From Styela clava (taxonomy: Eukaryota): a stretch of 64,000 nucleotides of DNA. The notes beneath the pieces are model-generated. The model was not told the origin of the DNA and ran no database searches. It saw only the letters and a list, made by a program, of their open reading frames with translations. The stretch is taken from contig NC_135259.1 in the NCBI RefSeq assembly GCF_964204865.1, positions 15,748,001-15,812,000 on the forward strand, in the 5' to 3' direction. A program made the position numbers and the translations under genes. Shown in pieces: positions 38,653 through 50,210 of the stretch (positions are counted from its first letter, which is position 1; every line of letters begins with the position of its first letter).

Positions 38653-38900
38653 TTAAACTACACATTTTGCTGGGCTCGAAAAATATAAACACGCCGATGT
38701 TCATCAATCGTTCCAACGGCTAATGCTGTCTAAACACAACCCTAGGTGGCCAAATTACTGTCTTTCCTGCAAGAGATGTCTCCCAATGGACTAATGCTCG
38801 TAATTTACCGGAATTGATCGTACTCTTTAGTCCCGTTGTTTTACCCAAAATTCTGGTTCGAAAAAAACATTCCACGATCCGGTTTTCTTCCACACAAACC
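38653..38900 (-). pseudogene. NACHT relic, 5' part (upstream of the LTR element)
   Basis: GKLRALVHWETSLAGKT (degenerate Walker A) and LMNIGVFIFFEPSKM parallel gene 1's RTIIVGGAGQGKT...LNNVEMIHYIDCAKI. Confidence 0.45.
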
Positions 38901-39789
38901 CCGCGTGTGTGTCAAAAGAAATATGGCATTTTAATTGCGAAAATTGGCAATAACAGTTGATGTTCATTTATTTAAGCATCACTTGGTAAGATAGAAATCA
39001 CCATATTGACAAAATGGCTAATTGATTTATAGCTTTCTTAATTTTTTTCATAATTTCGACTTTGGCTACACCCATTAGGGGAAATCCAAAATACTGCTCA
39101 ATCTCAACGAAACCATGCAAACAAACTCAAACTCCGTAACTTGAACTACCATGAAATATTATCAATGGCATTGCTTTTAGCGAAGTTCCAAAATAATATT
39201 ATATGAAAACAAACAGGAAAGAATAGCACAACAGTTATAGTGGGCTACACTGACATGGGCAAACTACGACCTGTGGGCCAAATCCGGACTGTTGGGTAAT
39301 TCGATCAGTCCGCCTGATGCTGTCACAACCAAACTAAAAACAAATTTAGATGTTTTTTTACCTAAAAATAACTCGAGGGTTTATTAAAACTGCGATTAAA
39401 CTTAGTTTCGTCACCAGGCCTATTGTTTTTCAATTTCGCTTGTGTGACACTGTAAATATTGTTCATAAAACGTAAATTTTTACGTTTTACTTACATGGCC
39501 AGCCAGTCTAGGTGGGCAAAATTTTTGACAAAATCTCGCCCACCCTTGGACTCCAACAACATTTCTATTTTTTGGCTTAGCTCAATAACGAGTGTTATGT
39601 TGGATTCAATAAAATTGGAATTTAAATTATAACTTTTATAATGTTTATTTCTGAATGGGAAGCTGTGTTAATCTCAAAATAAAATCATTGTTCGCTGATT
39701 CATTCGTATGATGAAAATTTTTTTTGGATGAATACCAAATCAAAACTATTCATGCTATGAAACTGGTTTCTATAAACTTTTCGTTCCAG

Positions 39790-42700
39790 TCATTCGCAGT
39801 TGGCATTGGTTTTGATGTCTTTTCTCGAAGTACAAGTTCTTGACAATCTAAAAATATATTTATTTATAACTGGCCACCATGTTTCGTTTCAACCAATTTT
39901 GTAAATCGTAGACTGGTTGGCTGGTCAAACTTTTTTTGCGGTCGTTTATCTATAGCCTATAGGTAAAAGCTGCTTATTTTGTTTCTACCAGGGCTGGGAA
40001 TTTCGAATCGATTAGTAAATATTTCGAATCAATCAGTTCGTACGAAGTTTTCGAATTGCTAATATCTTGTTTTATTTGTTATCGCAAAACGTTAAGGCGA
40101 TTTCTTTTATTGAAGCCATGTTTTTAGAATGCAATTCTAACATATGACTCTTTTTTTCTTAGTGTTTCTTCAAATACAATTACATTTCCTAGTTCCAAGT
40201 ATTCGAAAATCGATTCGAAAAAAATGTTCGATCATATTCTGAAATTATCAGGTATTCAAAAATGCCCAGCGCTAGTTACTACTCTGGATAAGAGCATCAG
40301 AGTGGCAATTGTTTCTCAGGAATTTTAACGCGGGTTTTATAAGATTTTGGGTATATTTTTGTAACAAGACGGAAAATTGAAGCACATTATGAAACCGAAT
40401 ACTGATAATACGAAAAATATATTGCGCATCATGGCATATTCCGATTGGAACATGAATTCTCAATCAATTCGGTGACGTAATACGACTTAGCGGATGTGGG
40501 AATGTTGTCATTACCTGTCTTAAAACTTTGTTTATAGGAGATTGAAGACGCGTGCGAAATTCTTTAAACTCAATACCTCGCTTCAATATCGATTCTAGGT
40601 AATAACCACTACTTTGGAGAAAATGTTTAAAAAACTTAATTCTGAGTAAATTTATATCTACCATATATATGGTATTTGAGTATCAGTAATGGTATCAGTT
40701 TTGGTATGATTTATTACGATCGTTAGGATGAAAAAAAAGCGGTCTGTAGAATATCGTTCAGGGAATAATTTAGTAAAACGAATATGGAATAGAGTATATA
40801 TATCACCTGCAGACGCCCACCATAAAAATCCATCAGAACCTCCCTGTTATAGAGATATATATTGCGTTACCTGTATTTTTCCAGTTCAACAGAATCTTTC
40901 AAAGTTTCCGGAAGCGAGGAATGCTTTGTTTCAGGTAGTATAAGCGTTAAAAGTCCAGCAATTAAACTTGAACCTCCCATGACATAGAAAGGAATCCATT
41001 TTCCTGATACCTCACCTGAACGTAATAAATCGAAAATTGTTATTTAATCTTCACATTCAAACAACGACAAGTAGCGACTGACATGAGAAAAAGCTGTAAA
41101 CTCATTCATTATAATCGCACTACAGTAGTGATAACAGGAATAATAATATATTTTGAAAAAATACATTTGAAGCTAATATTTAACCAGACAGAGAGTACGC
41201 TCACGATATACAGTGACAACGACACAAACATACAATCTTGAGAACCAACCTGAGAAAGCGAGAAAGGGCGCCATCACACATGCTACCCCAGCCGAGGTAG
41301 AAGCTATTCCAACACCTGTACTTCGCAATATTGTAGGGAAAAGTTCGGCTGTATATAAATAAATCATTCCCATAGTCGATGATGAAAATACTTTTCCAAT
41401 CATCGCCATTGCAATACTGGCTTTTTCATCTGAACAAAATAAAATATGCAGAAAATATCTGTAATTATGCAGGATTCGTATAACTGAAAATAGCATTTGA
41501 AATTAAGAAGCTTTTTATAGCAATACGATTTTTCAAATGTCAACATTTGTATTGTATTATTCATCTGCACACATGGATTGTTTCATTAGTCATCCTACAG
41601 TTATGTACATAATGTAGCCGTGTAGGCTTACCATACGTCCAAGTTTAGCTGGGAGTGTTCCAATTTTGACAAGCCTCACCACCGTCCCCCTAGGTAAACT
41701 TAAATGTCCCGATCGTGCAATGCGGCAGTCATGAATATTTTTTCATTCAATAATACAATTTTTTACCGGAGTCAGTCCATTTACCCCTGATTTGCGACTC
41801 ATTTAATAGTTCGATGAGAAAGAGAGAAAACTGATGTATATATATTGTTATATATTGTCCAAGATGTCGCAAAACCTGAACCCTAACCTGGTACACAACC
41901 TGAGTTCATCTTGGAGTTCGCCATCTTGGTGCGCATACTTCCGGAGGTCCGAAAGAAGACGCCGAAAACCGAAACTGGTTATCGAGCGGCGGCACCCTTT
42001 GGGGAAGTCTAACAGTAACGTGATAAATAGAATAAGATCGAACTAAATATTTAATAAATAAATTAAAGGAAAGGGGCAATAGGTACGTCATGGCGACCTG
42101 GTATGTACCAAGCAATCACCGTTTCAACAAAAGAAAGTCGACTCATGCACCACAGACAGCCTCACAACAATATTATGACGGTGAGGTAAATATGGTAGGC
42201 AATAGTAAAGAACATTGAACGTTCGATTATGTGCATATGGTTGCAAAGATAACGATAAAATTGAATTTATCAGTATAATATGCCAGTTATTTTAAATAAC
42301 CAGTTATTTTTTTAATATAACGTTATTTTAACGCACAAAAGAAATCGCACATTTTCCAATATTACAAAATGAGTCTAATATCACTAAGCCTCGGAATCGA
42401 ACCAAGGTTTGTCATTTCCGAACTGGCCCGGTTTCTCTTTTCATATATATGGTAAGCCTATATATGCGATTGATGACACTCCGGTTCTTCAATTAACATT
42501 TGGAACAGTGCTGCCAGTATATTGTATGCATATATTGGTCGGGACTCGTGTTAATTTATTTTCAATACATAAGTCAAAAATTACGCAATAAACAATTTAG
42601 CAATAAAATAAAACTCACAAGATCCGAGCAGTGGAGACAAAATGAGGCACATTGCTGATAACAAAAAGGCAACAGATATTGACAAACGGCGTCCGAGCCT

Positions 42701-45700
42701 TTTTAGTCCAAAAAAGGCAAGTATCCATCCAGGTATTTCTGCCGCAGCTGATAGAAAACTATTCCAATATCTACTTCCGCCCAAGTTGGAAGTGTTATAT
42801 CCAAATGTATAATAACATACAAATGAAACCATCCTGAAAAACAAAATATCCACGTTCTGACGTATTCAAACTTCTATTTATTATTATTTTCGTCAAGACC
42901 AGAAAGTACACACAAGGCGCTTTTTATGGGATATAATCTGTGATATGTATGGGGGAACGAACTTATCTGGTTCTATATATACCCCTATTATTTTATTTCC
43001 TTTATGATAGATTTAGAGTAAAATACTGTACTTTCAATTTCTTACCATAACCAACATAAAATCAGAGTTCTTTTCAGCAAAATTCTGTTATGAAAAAGCA
43101 TGGATAACGATTTCTTAAAACTGACGTGTTTTCGATTCTTCGATTCAACATTGTTTTGCTGTGCAATTAAAATCATCATAATCAACGTAATTTCACTTTT
43201 TCAATAGTTAAAATATTTCGCGAAAGTGAATAAAATTACTAAAATTTGAAAAAACACATTGTTTGAAATGCCTGAAGAATTTGAAAATATGTTGAGGTAT
43301 AAGATGAAGGTTTTTTGTTGAAATAGGTAACAACACAGGAGTTGTAATCGGGAGTTATACATAATCAATCCAGAGGTCGAGTTTATTTATTAATTTGGTT
43401 TGTTCACGTAATTGCTTTTCACATAATTTCCCAATAATACCTCATTTTGGTCATTCATTCTCGTGTTTTGCATAAGTTCGACAAATGCTTCAGATGATTT
43501 CGATTTATTTAAAAATCGTTTTGCAATGTCTACCGCTTCCACAGTTCTTCCTCTAGACATCAACCAACGCGGAGATTCTGGCAAATAACTGAACGCGAAA
43601 ATGGTATTAAATGGATTTTTTGGAGGGAAATGGAATTTATTTTGGTTTAATTTTTGTGTATGAGCAATTGAGCATAGTATTGAAATTAGAAAAAACTCTA
43701 TAAAAATTATGTTATAAATGTAGTTACACTGCAGCACTAGGACTAATCCACGAGAGCCTAAAAATTGAAGAGAGTCACAGAGAGTCCAGAAATATAGACG
43801 AATACCTAAAAGCACCTCTATGTCTTCTTCTAGTAATAAGTTGAAAGAGATAGGTTCTATGGCTAAAGTCAAAATGTGGCACTTTTCCAAAACAACAACT
43901 TAATTTTATAAGAAGAAAATGATATACTACTGTTCTGAGAAACCTTTTCTAGCCTACAGCTACACAGTATCATTTAGGGGGGAATTGTAATTCGGGATTC
44001 TATTATGGGACATGTATATTGAAGCATATTTAATCGGTAAATAGCAAATTAAAATATAAATTGGCACAGATTGGTTAGTGGCGTGGTTGGAATAGACCCA
44101 AATCATGACCACACAAGTTAAACTCTTCAAATATTTTATTTGCAGCTCTGCAATGAACTCATTAGTTAAAGTAACATCAGAATTATAATATTTCATTAAC
44201 CAATATCGAATGTCCTACATGGCCCCTACTGACTTAGGCATAATGCAACCCAGACCAAACTCACGGCTCTGATAAGTAACTCAATTCACCAGAAAATAAA
44301 ACTTGGTAACAACAATACCTCACCAGTAATACGTCATAAAAAAGATGCAGAAGAATCCAGGAATTCTTATTATCCATCTCCAGTGGCCGCAGAAATGTGC
44401 AGTGAATGTCAGCATCATATAACCAACAGACCAGCATATATTACAAAGACATACAATGAGGCCTCTGTGCTCTTTCTTGACGAGTTCTTGAGCTGAAAGT
44501 CAAGTACAGCATTGCAGATGTTTATTCAATTTTCATAAAAGTACTCTAGTGTGTTCACCAGTAACAAGGCATCAAAATTAATATTGAACCATTAATAATA
44601 TTATTACTGTTTCCGATTACCATGGACAAATGTTAAGCTGTAAGTTATGCTGCCTCCACTGCCATACAACAAAAAAAATATCCAGCTCATCCAATAATTC
44701 ACTGCCAAACTGAATCCAAAAATAACCAACATTAAAATTGTGACGCATACAAGAGTAGCAGTTCTTCTGCCGAACCTAAAAAATGGATTTTTGTTAATAA
44801 CAAAATAGCAATGCTCGAATATATGTACTCGGAACCTAATGTATCGGTAGCCTATGGCCTATGCGACTTACCGTGAGCTCCGTTATCTGATCATTCAAAA
44901 GAGTCAAAAGCAAAATTTCAGATCCCATGACGTAGCTAATTACATAGATAGTCGTACAGTCACACCTGGGCAAAGAGCACTGGATTGTTTGATGGATGGA
45001 GGTCTTGTATGACGTAATGCCACGAGGTGTCGCAATATTGGGATTGAAATATCGAATTGTAATGACTGAATCTTGGCATAATATCTTTCAATCAAATGTT
45101 TGATTGAGCTAGATTTGTGATAAATGAGCGAAAGAATAAATGCCTTGTGGGTTCATAGGACACTTGCTCGAATTCGGGTCTCAGAAATAACACAAAATTG
45201 AAATTGAACTTATATTAGTTTTAGATTCCGCTCGGACTAATTGGATATTTGACCAATAAGGAAATGCATCACAAGTATCGTTTAAATTTAATGGGACTTG
45301 ACTACTCTGTAATGTTTCGATGTATTATACTTTTTTGGCATAAAGTGATTGCATACTTTTTTTCAATGACACATTTGTCATAAAACTCCCTACAATTAAC
45401 CAATGTACAAATGATCGAAATGGTAATGTTCCAATATGCCCGTTTAGAATCACTATGAAATGTAAAAAACAAATACTTGTCTGATAGTGCTCCAGAGATT
45501 ATTCCACTAGCAAGGGCACCGATTGATAAACTCGATGTCAGGAATGGTTTTTTCCACTCTTCGCCACAAACTAAGTTGAACTGCAGAATGGAAGTTGCAA
45601 ATAATCGCGGTCTCTTATAAGACACATGCACATGCAAACTCAATTTTTAAATTGCTGAGTCCAGCTCAGTCAAAATAAAAAATAAAAAAGCAAAATAAAC

Positions 45701-47596
45701 AAACAGTTCAATGGGCTATATCATGATTGACGAATCTATTTGTTATCGCGGGCCATTTTATCAGTCACTGCCGAATAAGTGGGCCGCACTTTTTTGTCAT
45801 ACTTATGATATCTGATGATTTTTATCAACAGAAACGAACAACAAACGAAAGTACTAAAACCCATGCATCCATACAGCTAAAGTTATTTAATGATATATTG
45901 CAGCATAAAACTGAGAAAAAAAAACATTCAATGAATTTGTTCGCCTAGTCAGATTATTGGAAACTTTTTTGATTGACCAAGCGTTTAATATTAGGGCGAC
46001 CTGATTTATTTGGAAACTCTCAACTGTATACTAAGATTTTCTTCTGTATATTGATTAAGTTCGGTTTCGGGTAAGTTCGGGTGACGTCATCTCACTTGGT
46101 CTCGCACTTAGCTTGGTTGTTCGAGATTCTAATTCCCGTTCGAATACCGCAGCATTTTTGACTCGAATTTCTTGGTCGATTACCGGGTTATTACTGTACA
46201 ACCAATTTTTATTGTAGTAAAGTAAATTATGGTCTTTTTTATTTTATCGCAGATCTTGGTATTTTTCTAACGTTGATTACCTGAAGAAAATCTTAGGGTG
46301 GTAGCATTGTAATAGAGCGGACTCAGTATTGCAGGAACATATGATATTTGTATAATTCGTAACATCGCAAAATTACGAATCGAATCTAGACCTTAATGGG
46401 CAGTTTGACACGCTTTCTTATGGTCGTAGATTACTGTCATATTTCATAGCAATGTACTCATTCCTTGACTCAGCCGCATGTCACACAGAACACACAATTA
46501 AATTGACAAAGCAAGACATTATAAATGGATTCGTATTGGCCACGAATTGAATAGGCAGCTGAAAATTCATTACCCGATAAAAAGGGCCAATCAAAATATA
46601 AAAATAGAAATAATCCAGTTAGGGCTGGGAATGCAGATTGCGCCGGAAATTCAAATTTTCATATCATTTCTAACCCGAACCCTTAGATTAACTAGATAAT
46701 TAATGATTTGTTATTTTAAATATTTTATTTATTGCTAATATACCTCCATAGCTGCGGTTGTTTTGCCGTCCATGTTGTCATATACGAAACCATCTTCGCA
46801 CGGTTCGATGAGACTTTTATTTATTCGAATATATTTTTCAGAAGATTGATTAGTTTGGATTTCAACGGTGAATCTTTATGATAATAAATATAATAAGACC
46901 ATGGATTTTGTAACTAAACATACTGTTGTACAATAACTTAACATTTCACATTGTTGGTTCATGGCCTAAAAGATTTTTACTGACGACGGATACTAAAATT
47001 TGGTCTTAGTGAAAAGAATTAGAAACTATACTTCGTAGAAATTTTAGTCTGGAATTTAGTTTGTTGTTCAAATAAAAAGATTCGAGAAAAAAAAATCTTG
47101 AAACTGGTCACTTCGATACACAGAAATTGTCGTATATTTCAAATACACAATAGACATTTTAATTAAGGTAATCAGGACAACAAGGCAAAGATTCTTATCT
47201 GTACCTTCGGCAGTTACTCAACGTTTTGTTATTTTCCGAAGATGCAGGAATATAGTTGAACAAATGTGAATTGTTGAAATGAATATCATTCTGTAATAAA
47301 AAAAAATTATTCAACATATTTCAGGAATTGTGCAACTTGTTTCTTGAATCAGGTTAGCTCAAATTCAAATATTGAGAATTTATTATAAGAAACTGGAAGA
47401 CATTACGAAACTGAATCGAATACACACTCACTTTGTGATCCATCTCCGGAACTAGGCATCTATGAGGCGGTGCATGAAACACAAAAACTGGCGAAAAGTT
47501 CACCATTGCTTGAGGTATTGTAGTGATTATCAAACTTGCTAGGATTAGTTTGTGATATGCGCTGGTAGATCCCGGTTCTTCAAAAACATCGTCCAT
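39790..47596 (-). CDS. SLC22-family organic ion transporter, copy A (12 exons, 555 aa, apparently intact)
   Basis: Exons 47432-47596, 47205-47290, 46744-46873, 45477-45580, 44621-44775, 44324-44492, 43441-43588, 43046-43158, 42619-42833, 41250-41429, 40871-41015, 39790-39847 total 1668 nt in frame. Motifs PPHRC, EFNLVC, LSDKFGRR, LPESPRWL, LGRR, YTAELFPTILR, LPETK...LPET. Confidence 0.9.
39989..40274. mobile_element. hAT MITE (same family as 17215-17621)
   Basis: CAGGGCTGGGAATTT...AAATGCCCAGCGCTA; TSD GTTTCTAC / GTTACTAC. Confidence 0.8.
41623..42460. mobile_element. Non-autonomous DNA transposon with 13-bp TIR, in intron 9 of SLC22 copy A
   Basis: TAGGCTTACCATA ... TATGGTAAGCCTA; no clear TSD. 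Confidence 0.6.
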
Positions 47597-48549
47597 TTTT
47601 GTCAACGACAAACGAATTCATTCACATATAAATGTTGATATAATTTTTTGCAACTGATCGTTGTATATTTAACAATGATATATTTTTATTCCAAGTGCAG
47701 GTTTTCCTATGTTTCAAGACACCTATATGCAAGCTTATGGCGACTTTAAATCATAGATTGACCGCTTCGCAAAACAACTAGTATCTGCAATATATGGTGC
47801 GATTGGCTGTACACGACCGAAACATTGCATGTCTCACGGAGATCAATTTAAACACAAACATCTATTTTACGACATTTTGCGAAGGCACGCTTACATTACA
47901 AATTACAACACAACAGAAATAGAAAATAATAGTCACGTTGTTGCCAGTGCATTTTGCATCTTATGACTCAACTTCACAAATTAAAATCACAAAATATTGA
48001 ACAGAAGGAACACTATGAATCAAGAATTTGTGATAGAATCGATAGATTCATTCTATCCACTTGAGAATATTTTAAAATAAAGCTGCCATCGACCGAGTTT
48101 ATGTGTCTTAGAGGAGACAGGTTCGGGAATTTCACTAGTTTTTGTTTTAGTATTTGGAAACATTTAGAACTACCAAATAAAATGTTGAATAAGTAATTAG
48201 TTGTGGTTCTACTTCGATAAAAAGTATTTGCCAGATTACTTGTACCAAAATGTAGCGTGCCTATTATTTTTAAATCATTTAGGTTTCCCGATAATTCTGA
48301 CTTGAGAATTAGCTTTCACCCTCTATTAAAATGCCGCTTCTTCGATTCAGAATCATCTTTAGTGTCTTTTTGACAAGATTTGAACAATCATTTTCCTTGA
48401 TATCCGTATTGCCGTACTTTATACAAAATATCCCATCGCATGAAGCATGGCAGATGTATCAGATTGAACCTGAACTCAATTAACTGCAAAACAGCAGGAG
48501 TCTAAGATTTGACTTTTTAGCGTGAGTGTCTTTAGCGTGTAAGTAAAAT

Positions 48550-48664
48550 GGTGTCTCTAAAATGTCGAGTCCCACTTGCCCCACATGTACCACTTGTCCC
48601 ATTTGGACAAGTGGAACGAGTGGGACACTTGGGAAAAGTGGGACACGACATTTTGAGTACACCC
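48550..48664. repeat. Imperfect foldback repeat rich in GGGACA motifs
   Basis: ggtgtctctaaaatgtcgagtcccactt... versus ...aagtgggacacgacattttgagtacacc. Confidence 0.65.
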
Positions 48665-50210
48665 TAGGTAAAATACTTTTATTGTTGCTATAGGCGAGAA
48701 TAACAGTTGAATTATATAAACCAAACCAGGAATAGTTGAAAACACATATATCGTCAATATTATATATAATATGTGAGGCGCTGAATGTGCCCTCGACGCT
48801 AATTCTTCCACGGTGTGATTTTCAATTTGTTTATGTGTTGGAAAAATGAGTGTATTCAGCCAAACTTAATCCGAAACTAAATTCATTGACAGTTCAGCAT
48901 TGTAATATTTTTGATGCCTCTTTTTCGAGGTGTTTTCAACTTTACATGCACCGTATACGTAAAATTCAAACACAAAATCAATTATTTAACAACCTACCAT
49001 TTAACTGTACCAATAGCTAGTTTCCGCCATGTCCTTACCAGATTTTTCTCAACGTATTTTCGACTACCAAGGCTATACTCAAACTTATCCGAAGACAAAA
49101 AGATCATTTTGATATTTATACTGCATGGACTAGAGGCCCTCGAATGACTTAGAATGCGAAAGATCGGTGGACTAAACAAACCATCGTTGCCAACTGATTT
49201 CCAATATCTTTGCTCCCGTAGCTTGCATCCAGAACATATATATATATTTGATATTTTTACTCATAGAATTTGCACTTATTGACAATTGAACTCACATGTA
49301 GGCTATATATAACCGTAAATAAGCGCACTTATAGAATGCTGCACCTACATACATTCACATCCACGATAATAAGAAATAACAAAAGAGCAACACTCAAATA
49401 TATGGACACGTGGACCAGAGCGAAGCAGTCTTCACCCTTGACGTTACCGGTAACGTACCCTCAAAAAACTCCAATTTTTCAGTCGCAAGAATTTTCACAG
49501 TCAGCCGCCACGCTTGACGGATTAAAAACCGTGTTCCCGTAATAAAAACGTAATACAGCGCAATTCTGGATTAAATATTAGATCTCATAAGATTCATAGA
49601 CATTTTAGGAATAAATAAAAATGATAGCCTTCTGGCAAAAAAGTCAATTTAAACCACTGAAAATTGCAAAGCAATTGGTCCAGTATTCGAAGAGAAAGGC
49701 GATTTTATAATGATGAAAACGAAAATTATTAAGAACAATAACAAAACATTGAAACGATCGGTATGTTCACTAAACGTGTCCAATAATACTGGAAGTAAAC
49801 AAGACTGTTACTTGCCACCAAGTATTGTACATCTCATATGTTCAGGCTTGGTGTAGTTGAATCATAAAATATATTTTGAATTTAAATAAAGAATTTACTA
49901 ATATTTGAAAACGAATGGAAATCTATGTTAGGGTTAAAATGCGGTTGCACTATTGCTAGTTGATATAAGAGTCTAGGACTCTAGGTCATCTAGGACAAAT
50001 AGGTACAAAAAATGTTTAGATAAGCTGGAAATTGAGAAATGATTTTCAGATGGAGACCTAATCAGAAATAATACAGTCAGGCTGTAATCCCAATTTCAAT
50101 GGGATCCCCATCCCCCATGAGATTTGTGTAAATGAGATGTAAATAAAATTAAATAATTTACTTCATTTAATTAATACAAGTAATTGGAAAAATGATGGAT
50201 TCTGTTTTTA

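Larger units (their letters stand above)
26411..38900 (-). pseudogene. Decayed NLR/PIDD-like gene 2: NACHT relic - LRRs - ZU5 - UPA-like - RHIM-like - CaaX
   Basis: Phase-compatible exons (minus): ~32859-33046, 31032-31216, 30760-30924, 30235-30399, 29859-30023, 29551-29703, 28885-29058, 28406-28478, 27169-27953, 26921-27060, 26552-26633, 26411-26457 (ends PPRCSCCVI*). Lesions: TAA at 30880-30882, GT->AT donor at 30759, frameshift near 27890, and stops, frameshifts and an LTR insertion in the NACHT relic. Confidence 0.72.
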
